From contig CAXXJJ010000004.1 of assembly GCA_963667015.2 (NCBI GenBank), positions 3,968,001 through 4,032,000 of the forward strand: a stretch of 64,000 bases of DNA, written 5' to 3'. The position numbers were made by a program, and so were the translations under genes. This document shows, one piece after another, positions 1 through 8,323 of this stretch. The notes beneath the pieces are model-generated. The model was not told the origin of the DNA, did not search any database, and saw only the letters and a program-made list of their open reading frames with translations. The stretch is from Desulfatiglandales bacterium. GTDB lineage: Bacteria; Desulfobacterota; DSM-4660; Desulfatiglandales; HGW-15. Within the stretch, counting starts at the first letter, position 1; every line of letters starts with the position of its first letter.

Positions 1-240
1 CCTTGACAAAAAATTATATCCTTCCTTTTCATTTTTATTATGTTTTTTGGTGAAATACTCTTAAAAACCTTCCTACATGCGATTTTAATAGGATATCACA
101 AGCTCTATCATATTCATAACGCACTGAATTGAATAGCTTTATTTTTTAATTAACTCCGTAATCTGCGATATTGCTGAGGTTCTTTTATCTAAAATCTAAA
201 ACTATACTCTTTCTAAATATATAAAAAGAGGAGGCTAATC

Positions 241-459
241 ATGTACAGCATAAGTGAAATATTAAAAAAGGAAGGCCTAGATCCGAATTTCGCAAACATG
301 GAAGGCAATTTTGAACAACGAGAATATGGTCGTATATATACTCCTGCCAGCGTTAACAACAAAAGGAATGAAGTGAGATTATCAGATAATCTAGTAAAAA
401 GCAATAATCCTCAAGAGCATGTTAGAGAAGTGAGATATTTTTCACCTTACATCCATTAA
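241..459 (+). CDS. Hypothetical protein (72 aa), first visible gene of the Ubl operon
   Basis: Strong RBS GAGGAGG upstream; co-oriented with downstream genes; no recognisable motif. Confidence 0.6.
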   Translation: MYSISEILKKEGLDPNFANMEGNFEQREYGRIYTPASVNNKRNEVRLSDNLVKSNNPQEHVREVRYFSPYIH

Positions 460-485
460 TCAAAATTAAAAAGGAGAAATAAAAA

Positions 486-773
486 ATGGCACTTATAAAC
501 ACAAACGATATCCACCCAACCCCAATGAACGATAAGAGAGCTTTAGTAAAATTTGCCGGAACAGGAAGAGAAGCAAAGGAAGTAATAATCGGCCCTGGTT
601 CCACATATGGAGATTTATTGAATTTTCTGAATCTGTACGGTGACGACTATTATATCAGTAAAGACGGCAGCCCAACCACGGCCCTAAGAAAAAACCAGGT
701 TATATATCCTCACATCGAGGATGGTGAAACCCTTTATGTAACAGCTAACGTAGATGCAGGAATCATCCTTTAA
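486..773 (+). CDS. Ubiquitin-like (beta-grasp) protein, C-terminus ...VDAG-IIL
   Basis: 95 aa; beta-grasp-like pattern ending in IEDGETLYV-TANVDAG; RBS AAGGAG; context with E2/JAB/E1. Confidence 0.75.
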   Translation: MALINTNDIHPTPMNDKRALVKFAGTGREAKEVIIGPGSTYGDLLNFLNLYGDDYYISKDGSPTTALRKNQVIYPHIEDGETLYVTANVDAGIIL

Positions 774-795
774 TCTAATTTTTAAGGAGCCCGAA

Positions 796-1317
796 ATGGA
801 AATACTAGTACTGATAATCTCGATTTTTATTTTCTATAAAATATTCCTGAGTCCGAAAGCAGGTGATAATGCCTTTTCCAAACAATATAAAAGAAGAGAG
901 AAAAATTCAAAAATAAAAATTGTTCCTGGAAATAACCTGCCATCGAATAAAGTGAATCCGAGGAATATACCCATCTACAAACAAAAGGAATGGGTGCAAA
1001 GCAAGAATGCCTTCTATGGCTACTACTACACACCTTATGGTAACTGGTATGGAGAAATAATCAGAAGAGGAGATAAACTAGTCGTATACATTATTGATCC
1101 TCCTCTAAAACAGCTACGACTTCATACCAAGTGGGCTTGTTTTCATAAGAAAGGGAATCATAAGGTTTGGCTTCACCTGCAGCGACAACCAAAAGATTAC
1201 GATATTGGCTCTGTGATTGTTTATGTGGAGCATCTTATTTCCGAGAGTTTTCGAAAATCGTTAAAGGCTAAAAAGCCCAGGAAATCATCTCCTACGGTTC
1301 ATCCGATTGTCGGTTAA
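796..1317 (+). CDS. Putative E2/UBC-like conjugating enzyme with N-terminal membrane anchor
   Basis: ATG 796 after AAGGAG; hydrophobic ILVLIISIFIFY; DPP...HTKWAC...IGSVIVYVEHLISES resembles the UBC PP...HPN...C...helix layout; lies between Ubl and JAB. Confidence 0.55.
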   Translation: MEILVLIISIFIFYKIFLSPKAGDNAFSKQYKRREKNSKIKIVPGNNLPSNKVNPRNIPIYKQKEWVQSKNAFYGYYYTPYGNWYGEIIRRGDKLVVYIIDPPLKQLRLHTKWACFHKKGNHKVWLHLQRQPKDYDIGSVIVYVEHLISESFRKSLKAKKPRKSSPTVHPIVG

Positions 1318-1369
1318 TATATTATTGAATAGAACTTTAATTTATTAAAATCAAGTTGGAGGAAAACAT

Positions 1370-2086
1370 ATGTATATTTCTGAGTCAAACGCTTCAGCAA
1401 TAGAAATCATCAATAAATATGAACAGGAGCTTTTTAAAGAGAGTTCAAAGTGCATTGATGAAATAAACAACATTTCAGCCAGTCTTGAAGAGAACTGGGA
1501 AAGCAGCTTTTTGAGTAAAACATCATTTTTCCTTGGTATCAACAGGGCAAGAAAGGCTTTGCTTTTGTCTATGAAGATGAGAAGGAAGGATATTTCTCAA
1601 TATAAAACATATCAGACGTCCTCTCTTTTTCTACAGGAATGCCATGATTACTTAACTGGAGATCCCAAAAAAAATGAGCTGTTGCACCTTGTCACAGGTC
1701 CCATTACAGAAGGTGGAATAAAGGTGCTTAGTAAAATGGAAAAAATTAAATATGAAAAACAGAGTTCAGCCTATGTTCGCGGAGATGAATCCGATGTTCA
1801 TAAAAGAATTTTAGCATTGGATGAAATCTATGGACATCTTGTCTTAGCAGTATTTCATTCGCATATATCAAACGGGAAAAATTCGACTTCTCCCTCTTCT
1901 ATTGATTTAGAACTTCTTAAAAGAATGGAGTCAGTAGGAATAAAATGTGTCAGTGGAATATTTTCATTGGATGGTTATATCCGGTTATTTTCCATGACTG
2001 ATTTTTCTATTCAGGTTTATGGCAAAGGAATTGAGTTGATTGAGGATGAATCAAAAACAAAAATATTCAGGCTTTCAAAGGTGTAA
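1370..2086 (+). CDS. JAB/MPN+ metallopeptidase (deubiquitinase-like) with ~80-aa N-terminal extension
   Basis: Upstream Glu (KNELLHLVTG) and HSH...PSSID JAMM motif. Confidence 0.85.
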   Translation: MYISESNASAIEIINKYEQELFKESSKCIDEINNISASLEENWESSFLSKTSFFLGINRARKALLLSMKMRRKDISQYKTYQTSSLFLQECHDYLTGDPKKNELLHLVTGPITEGGIKVLSKMEKIKYEKQSSAYVRGDESDVHKRILALDEIYGHLVLAVFHSHISNGKNSTSPSSIDLELLKRMESVGIKCVSGIFSLDGYIRLFSMTDFSIQVYGKGIELIEDESKTKIFRLSKV

Positions 2087-2090
2087 TCAA

Positions 2091-2861
2091 ATGAAAAAAC
2101 TTACAACCAGGCCAATTAACAAGCATAGATGGCAAGAGCTTGGGTTTAGTCAGGATAAGGTTTCTGGTTTTTTCTCAAAAAAATATCATTCATCAAAAGT
2201 GTTGATGATAGGAGCGGGAGGAATAGGAAGCCTTATTGGCCTTGCTTTGACCAGAAAGGGATTAGGTTTTTTGGATATCTTTGATGACGATGATGTCGAA
2301 TTAAAAAATCTTACACGTCAAATTTTTAGTGAAAGGGATATTGGGAAAAATAAGGCAATCCAGTTAGTCAAAATGCTTTCAAAGCAGGGCCTTTTTAAAA
2401 CAACACTTCAAGGACTCCCTTACAGATTCCAGGAAGCCCTTGAGATGAAAATGGATATGTCTGGGTATGACTTAATCATGTGTGGTGTAGACAATAATCC
2501 GACAAGGATATCCGTATCGCAATATTGTTTAAAAAAGAAGATTCCTTTAATCATATGTTCCGTTTCTCGTGATGCCTCGACAATGCTATGTGCCATTCAG
2601 GAGCCTGGAAAAGCGTGTTTCGGATGTATGCTTCCCGGTTCTATAAATGATGAGAGTTATCCATGCAACCTTCCGGGAATCATAGACATAAACCAGGTTG
2701 TAGCGGGTTTTAGTGTTTATGCTGTTGATACTATATTGATGAATAGACACAGGGAATGGAATTTTAAATTTGTCTCTCTTGATGGGTCTGTCCCTGACTC
2801 TTCAAAGATGATTGAAAGAAATCCTGAATGCGCCTTGTGTGGAAAAAACAAACATTCTTAA
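2091..2861 (+). CDS. ThiF/MoeB/E1-family adenylyltransferase
   Basis: GAGGIGS, DDDDVELKNLTRQ, GVDN, CFGC and ECALC Zn pairs, candidate catalytic Cys in YPCN; start 2091 preferred over 2040. Confidence 0.92.
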   Translation: MKKLTTRPINKHRWQELGFSQDKVSGFFSKKYHSSKVLMIGAGGIGSLIGLALTRKGLGFLDIFDDDDVELKNLTRQIFSERDIGKNKAIQLVKMLSKQGLFKTTLQGLPYRFQEALEMKMDMSGYDLIMCGVDNNPTRISVSQYCLKKKIPLIICSVSRDASTMLCAIQEPGKACFGCMLPGSINDESYPCNLPGIIDINQVVAGFSVYAVDTILMNRHREWNFKFVSLDGSVPDSSKMIERNPECALCGKNKHS

Positions 2862-2874
2862 GAGAGGAACTAAT

Positions 2875-3165
2875 ATGGACCCATTTAATCAGATGAATCA
2901 GCAAAACAATCCGAGAGTTATAGTTTCGAAACCTAATCCCTCTTTTATTGATTTGTCAACGCATTCGCCCGGATACCTTGACGATGAAAAGCCTTCCTGG
3001 ACAGAAAAAGTCTTGGGTAAAGCTGTAGGAACATTAACCAAATTGATTACATTTATTGTTTTGGGCGTGGGTATAACAGCTTTGATTATTCTATTGCGAC
3101 CCTTCATGAAACTAATCATTGAATTTTCCAATTGGGCATACAATTCGATTGATAAATTTTTTTAA
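2875..3165 (+). CDS. Small membrane protein
   Basis: RBS GAGG; hydrophobic LITFIVLGVGITALIILL segment. Confidence 0.7.
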   Translation: MDPFNQMNQQNNPRVIVSKPNPSFIDLSTHSPGYLDDEKPSWTEKVLGKAVGTLTKLITFIVLGVGITALIILLRPFMKLIIEFSNWAYNSIDKFF

Positions 3166-3179
3166 TTCTGGAGAGAAAA

Positions 3180-3635
3180 ATGGATTTTGAAAAATTTATA
3201 GATTTTCTAATGGCAAGATCAACAAACCAGGAGCCAATTCAATACGAGAACTATGGAAATGTTGTAACCATGTATGATGGGTCCGGAAATGTTGGAGGCT
3301 TTATAACTCAAGTTGTTTATGATGAAATGGGCAGGTTGGTCGTTCGGGGGTTAACTGCCAGTTCTATTATAGGTTGTGGACATGCCATCTCTTGTTCAAG
3401 TGAGGTGTCTGGGGTCTGCATGATATGCGGTAGGCTTTGCTGCACCCGTCTGGGATGTATGGAAACCTGTGATATTTTAGGAATAACGTGCTGTAAAAAA
3501 CACTACTCGATAATTGACGGAATAGTTGTTTCCACTCGGGCACAGAAGGGAATGTGGAAATCAAAGGCAAAAAAATTAGCCAGAAAAAGAGGAACATTAT
3601 CAAATGACTTCAAGCGACTCCCAGAAAAAGTATAA
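3180..3635 (+). CDS. Cys-rich putative Zn-binding protein
   Basis: GCGH...CMICGRLCC...C...C...CCKKH cluster; basic C-terminus. Confidence 0.7.
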   Translation: MDFEKFIDFLMARSTNQEPIQYENYGNVVTMYDGSGNVGGFITQVVYDEMGRLVVRGLTASSIIGCGHAISCSSEVSGVCMICGRLCCTRLGCMETCDILGITCCKKHYSIIDGIVVSTRAQKGMWKSKAKKLARKRGTLSNDFKRLPEKV

Positions 3636-4473
3636 ATATTTTGATCGAAATACAATCCTTAACAGAGGGCATCTTTTTAGTACACCTTTACCTTCACAAG
3701 TTGCTGGCGATATCAGGATTGGCTATATCCAGAATACTTCTATTATCTTTTGCATTTTGTTTTCCGAACTCGTCCAACACTTACTCTTGTTAGGCAGGTC
3801 AGGTGCTGGTAAAACAAACGTACTGCGGATTATCCAACTTGAATTATTTAGGTTAGGCATCCCATTCTTATGTTTTGACCTTGCCAAATATAATACTCGA
3901 TATTTAAAAAAATATATTCCTGAGTTGATAATCATTCGGTGGAATAAAGAGTTTTTTATGAATGTGTTTGAACCACCACCAGGAATAAATGTTAAAGAAT
4001 GGCTCTTGACCTTTTGTGAAGTTACTTCTGAAGCCTTTGGATTGTTCGCAGCCTCAAAATCTCTATTAATAGAACTTGTTGAATCTCTCTATGTAAAATT
4101 TGATTCAGAAAATACACATCAATTTCCCTGCTTAAAGGACTTCATTAATGCATTAACACAAAGGCGGATAACAACAAAATCCAGAATTGATATTGATTAT
4201 ATTGACAGAGTAAAAAATAAATTTACGGCTATTAACATCTCTCTTGGTCCTGCATTAAATGTTAAATCAGGTATATCATTTGAAGAGCTTTTAAAAAAAC
4301 CTGTTTGCCTTGAACTTGTAGGAATTAACTCTGCTGAAATACAGACATGGATTGTAACTCTTATTATGGCATGGATTTCATTGTATAGATCAAAACAATC
4401 TGATCTGGGAAAATTAAAATCTGTGATTTTTTACGATGAGGCTGCCAAGGCCTTCGGGAAAGGTAATTTATGA
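3604..4473 (+). CDS. HerA/VirB4/FtsK-like P-loop ATPase, N-terminal part
   Basis: Walker A HLLLLGRSGAGKT; Walker B VIFYDEA close to the C-terminus. Confidence 0.8.
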   Translation: MTSSDSQKKYKYFDRNTILNRGHLFSTPLPSQVAGDIRIGYIQNTSIIFCILFSELVQHLLLLGRSGAGKTNVLRIIQLELFRLGIPFLCFDLAKYNTRYLKKYIPELIIIRWNKEFFMNVFEPPPGINVKEWLLTFCEVTSEAFGLFAASKSLLIELVESLYVKFDSENTHQFPCLKDFINALTQRRITTKSRIDIDYIDRVKNKFTAINISLGPALNVKSGISFEELLKKPVCLELVGINSAEIQTWIVTLIMAWISLYRSKQSDLGKLKSVIFYDEAAKAFGKGNL

Positions 4474-5582
4474 ATAGGGAGAGTATTAATATAAGTTGCA
4501 CTAGACGACTACGTGAATCCGGTGTGTCAATTAATCTCGCTGACCAGTCTGTTTCAAGTCTGATGGATGTTGTGAAAAGCAATGTCTATACTTTGATATG
4601 TCTTGGACAGAGTAGTTCAAAAGACATGAGAGAAATAATAGAAATACTGGGACTAAATAGAGAGCAGGCACAGATAATCAACAAGCTTGATCCTGGACAG
4701 GGAATTATTAAGCTTGCCTCGCGTTTTCCTTACCCTGTCCTAGTTAGATTCCCATTTGTTGAACCTATATTTATTGATGAAAACGAAATTGATGAGATTA
4801 ATTCTAAAGACCTGGTCATCAAGAGTTTATTAGAAAATGTAAGGCATATAAAAGATCCGGTGAAAAATATTGATAGAAATGAAGTCGGGGATAAATCACT
4901 ACCACAAAAGGATATAACGTCTCAAGGAGCAGAAAATAAAAACGCCTTCAGTGATAATATCATGCGATATATTATGGTTGTTAATCTCTATCAGTTTAAA
5001 AAGACCAAAATAGAAATTTCTGACCTTGCTGGTTTTTCGAGAGGAACTGGAAGTAGGGTACAAAATCAATGTTTAAGTCATAACCTTATTAAGAATATAG
5101 ATCTGAGCTTTGGTCGCGGAAAACCACAATACCCCAAATTACTTCCAGATGCATATAAGCTCCTTGGAATAAAGGAAAAAAAATATTTTGGGAAAGGAGC
5201 AGGTGACGAGCATATTCTTTGCCAACATCTTGTTGCAGAAAACTTCAAAGCCTTTAATCCTACAATAGAATTATATCGTGGTAAAAAACATATAGATGTC
5301 GCATTTGAGATAAATGATTCCCTCATTGCCATTGAGGTTGAAATGACCTCAGTGCATATGGCTACAAATGTTAAGAAAGATATAGAAGATGCCAAAGCAG
5401 CATACGTGATTATCGGTTGCAAGGATAGTAAAGTACTTCAAGAGGTTCAAATCAAATTGTTAGAATTACCTTTAGAATTGAGAAATAAAACTGAATCGAT
5501 TTTATTGTCAAAGCTTTTAAGCTCTGACCCTAAGGGCATTATTGAGCGCATTAGCAAACATTTAAATACTTATATCATTTGA
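4470..5582 (+). CDS. ATPase C-terminal part fused to HTH and PD-(D/E)xK-like nuclease domain
   Basis: RRLRESGVSINLADQS resembles the post-Walker-B R-x-G...Q motif of HerA/VirB4; HIDVAF...IAIEVE nuclease-like motif; ATGA overlap with the upstream ORF. Confidence 0.65.
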   Translation: MNRESINISCTRRLRESGVSINLADQSVSSLMDVVKSNVYTLICLGQSSSKDMREIIEILGLNREQAQIINKLDPGQGIIKLASRFPYPVLVRFPFVEPIFIDENEIDEINSKDLVIKSLLENVRHIKDPVKNIDRNEVGDKSLPQKDITSQGAENKNAFSDNIMRYIMVVNLYQFKKTKIEISDLAGFSRGTGSRVQNQCLSHNLIKNIDLSFGRGKPQYPKLLPDAYKLLGIKEKKYFGKGAGDEHILCQHLVAENFKAFNPTIELYRGKKHIDVAFEINDSLIAIEVEMTSVHMATNVKKDIEDAKAAYVIIGCKDSKVLQEVQIKLLELPLELRNKTESILLSKLLSSDPKGIIERISKHLNTYII

Positions 5583-5593
5583 TATAAGTAGAA

Positions 5594-5878
5594 ATGGTAA
5601 CAAGTACAATTACACCTCCTCTGAGCATCACCAGGTATCCCAGGTTAGACACAGTCTTGATGGTTGAAAGTTTTATTAAAGAGCATTCGGGAGAGTTTAA
5701 AATCTATCAGCTATGGAAGAATCTTCCTAAAAAGGTAATGTACCAGACTTACAAACTAATTGTTACTTACCTTATTGATATAAACAGAGTGGCAGTGGAT
5801 AGCGAGAACAAGATTGGTTATATATGGAGCCCAGAAGCTGGGAAACGATATAAAAAATATGGAATAAGATGGGAATAG
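5594..5878 (+). CDS. Putative antitoxin/winged-helix protein
   Basis: 94 aa, overlaps the downstream RelE-like gene; helix-rich pattern. Confidence 0.5.
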   Translation: MVTSTITPPLSITRYPRLDTVLMVESFIKEHSGEFKIYQLWKNLPKKVMYQTYKLIVTYLIDINRVAVDSENKIGYIWSPEAGKRYKKYGIRWE

Positions 5879-6210
5879 TACGATCTAGTGATGCTGTTGT
5901 CTTTTCAGACAATAAAGTTGGAAATGCTTGGCGAGCTACAAAAGAATCTGATCCCGAACTCGCAAAGCAGCTTAACATTGCCAAAAAGAATTTAATGGAA
6001 AATGCCTTTTGTGGAATTCAAATTCCAAAAGAGTTGATTCCTGAAACTTATATTAAAAAATATGGAGTAACTAATCTTTGGAAATATAATCTGCCTAATG
6101 CATGGAGACTTATTTATTCAGTAACAACACCAACAAAAATAGAAATAATATCTGTTGTCTTGGAGTGGATGAATCATAAGAATTATGAGAGGCGATTTAA
6201 GTATTCGTAG
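5869..6210 (+). CDS. RelE/ParE-superfamily toxin-like protein
   Basis: NLWKYNLPNAWRLIYSV...VLEWMNHKNYE resembles the RelE-fold RLIY...H-x-x-Y pattern. Confidence 0.6.
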   Translation: MGIVRSSDAVVFSDNKVGNAWRATKESDPELAKQLNIAKKNLMENAFCGIQIPKELIPETYIKKYGVTNLWKYNLPNAWRLIYSVTTPTKIEIISVVLEWMNHKNYERRFKYS

Positions 6211-6299
6211 CTAATTTACAAAGCTAAATTAAATTAATATATCATCTTATAACATATTTATTCAAAATATAACTTGACTTTTTGAAGGAGGTTCGTATA

Positions 6300-6485
6300 A
6301 TGGAAAATAATATCCAAAGACCAAATCTTCTAACAGCCAAAGAACTTTCTAAAATTTCAAGGGTGCACTGTTCAACGATTTATAGGTTGGCAAAATCCGG
6401 TGAACTAAAAAGTTATATGATAGGAAGTCGGCGGCTTTTTAAAGAAGAGGATTTTTGGCAGTTCTTTGAAAAATCAGCGAGATAG
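6300..6485 (+). CDS. Excisionase-like HTH DNA-binding protein
   Basis: LLTAKELS...STIYRLAKSGELKSYMIGSRRLF; RBS AAGGAGG; directly upstream of the integrase. Confidence 0.85.
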   Translation: MENNIQRPNLLTAKELSKISRVHCSTIYRLAKSGELKSYMIGSRRLFKEEDFWQFFEKSAR

Positions 6486-6515
6486 GAAATACGTTTTTGG
6501 AAAGGAGTATTAATT

Positions 6516-7640
6516 ATGTCTACTGTTGTTGTCCAAAAACGTGTTGGAAAAAGAGGAACAAGTTATGCAGTCAATTACACTCATCCTATAACTGGGAAAA
6601 AGACCTATTATAAGACTCTGAAAAAATATAAGGACGCTCAAAATCAGGCTCATGAGTTAAGGTCCTTACTGGATTCAGGGAAAACCCCTGAAAATAATAA
6701 AATGAATCCTTTAAAATTTTCTGAGGTTTCGAGCTCTCTTCGAAAAGAGTGGAAAACAAAACTCATAGCAAAAGAGTTAAGTAAAAAATGTCATGATGAT
6801 TATAACTACTGGCTAAATACTCTTGATGTTGAGTTTGGAAGTTTTCTTTTGTGCGGAATTACTAAAGGGCAAATCATCGAATATAGAAATTTCCAGGTTT
6901 CAAAAAACAGCGTTGTTAGTGCTAACAAATATTTAAAGATTATAAAGGCTGTTTTTAAACACGGGCAGGAAATAAAAGCTGTTGTTGATGATCCTTCAAG
7001 CAAGATTTCTTTATTAAATGAAAAAGATCATGAGAGGAATAGATTTCTTTTTCCAGAGGAGCTTGATACATTAATTGAAGCATCTAAACAAATAAGGGCA
7101 AAATATTATCTTCCTGCAATCATTTATCTTGGTGCTGAGCATGGAGCTTCAAGGCAAGAAATATTGAGTCTGTGCTGGTCAGATATAAACTTTGATTTCA
7201 ATGATAAGGGAATTATTAGCTTTTACAGAACTAAAAACAAAAAGCAAAGAACAGAGTATTTAATGCCCAGGACGAAGCAAGCTCTACTTGAATGGAAAGA
7301 ACATCAGGCTTGGATGAGACACAGAAAGAAGATTGAACACAATGGAGAGGGCCTTGTATTTTGTCATCTTAATGGTCAACCTGTAAAACATTTCAGCAAA
7401 GCATTTAATGAGGCATGCAAAATTGCTGGAATTGAGAATTTTCACTTCCATGATTTAAGGCATTGTTTTGGTTCAAATCTATTACTGTCCGGTGCAACAC
7501 TTAAAGATGTAAAGGAAATGATTGGCCACTCAGATATTAAAATGACTGATAGATATTCACATCTTAGTATTGAGCATAAACTTTTCAGGCAAGAACAACT
7601 TGCCAAGCATTATTCAAATAACCCTTCTTTAAAATCCTGA
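6516..7640 (+). CDS. Tyrosine recombinase/integrase
   Basis: HFHDLRH and IGHSDIKMTDRYSH motifs; adjacent to tRNA. Confidence 0.93.
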   Translation: MSTVVVQKRVGKRGTSYAVNYTHPITGKKTYYKTLKKYKDAQNQAHELRSLLDSGKTPENNKMNPLKFSEVSSSLRKEWKTKLIAKELSKKCHDDYNYWLNTLDVEFGSFLLCGITKGQIIEYRNFQVSKNSVVSANKYLKIIKAVFKHGQEIKAVVDDPSSKISLLNEKDHERNRFLFPEELDTLIEASKQIRAKYYLPAIIYLGAEHGASRQEILSLCWSDINFDFNDKGIISFYRTKNKKQRTEYLMPRTKQALLEWKEHQAWMRHRKKIEHNGEGLVFCHLNGQPVKHFSKAFNEACKIAGIENFHFHDLRHCFGSNLLLSGATLKDVKEMIGHSDIKMTDRYSHLSIEHKLFRQEQLAKHYSNNPSLKS

Positions 7641-7743
7641 TATCCTGCAAAAAGGTAGCTATTTGGTAGCTGGAAACAAAAATCGACAAAAAATGACAAA
7701 TTTGTAAATTTAGCGTTTTGTAAGTTGTTGATTTTACTGGTGA

Positions 7744-7822
<79 letters not shown>

Positions 7823-8069
7823 ATAAAAGATGTGTAAAGATGACTCGAAATCAGAAAAACGGTAATTTATATCTTTCTATCAAGAATTGCAAGCAATTCT
7901 TGATAGATGTAGATTGTTAGTTGTTTGTGGTGGGTTGTTAAAACTTTTTCGCATAGAACATAGCAGTAAGAACATAGGAAAAAGATATAGAGGACCGAGT
8001 TAAGTGGTCTGAAAAACCAGACAAACCTTGGGGTTAAAACACAAACAAAATTGCCTTTCCGTTTTAACA

Positions 8070-8124
8070 ATGAACTACCCCGCTGCAAGCGACGAGGTAT
8101 CAGGCCCTGCGCTTTGCAATAAAA
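8070..8124 (+). repeat. ~55-bp palindromic repeat, IS200/IS605-end-like; second copy at 41415-41468 on the minus strand
   Basis: ATGAACTACCCCGCTGCAAGCGACGAGGTATCAGGCCCTGC vs ATGAACTACTCCGCTGCAAGCGATGAGGTAGTAGGCCCTGC. Confidence 0.75.
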
Positions 8125-8323
8125 AAAGCTTTTGGTTTTCTCTGCGGCCTCTGGTAGCTCTGTGAGATATGCTTTTTTTTAGTTTTTTAGGCAACAATAT
8201 ATGTTTTTCACAACCAACAACATACAACCCACAACTTACACGCTCATAAGGGCGTTTTTTATTGACTTCAAGACCTTCCCGATTTAAAAGGTCCTTAAAA
8301 TACTGATAGTTAGAAGGAAAATC

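Noticed and set aside
2091..2861. E1/ThiF as a housekeeping MoeB/ThiF serving the nearby moeA/mobB cluster
   Set aside because: It lies inside the integrated element with E2-like and JAB genes; the Ubl lacks a terminal GG; no moaE/thiG is adjacent
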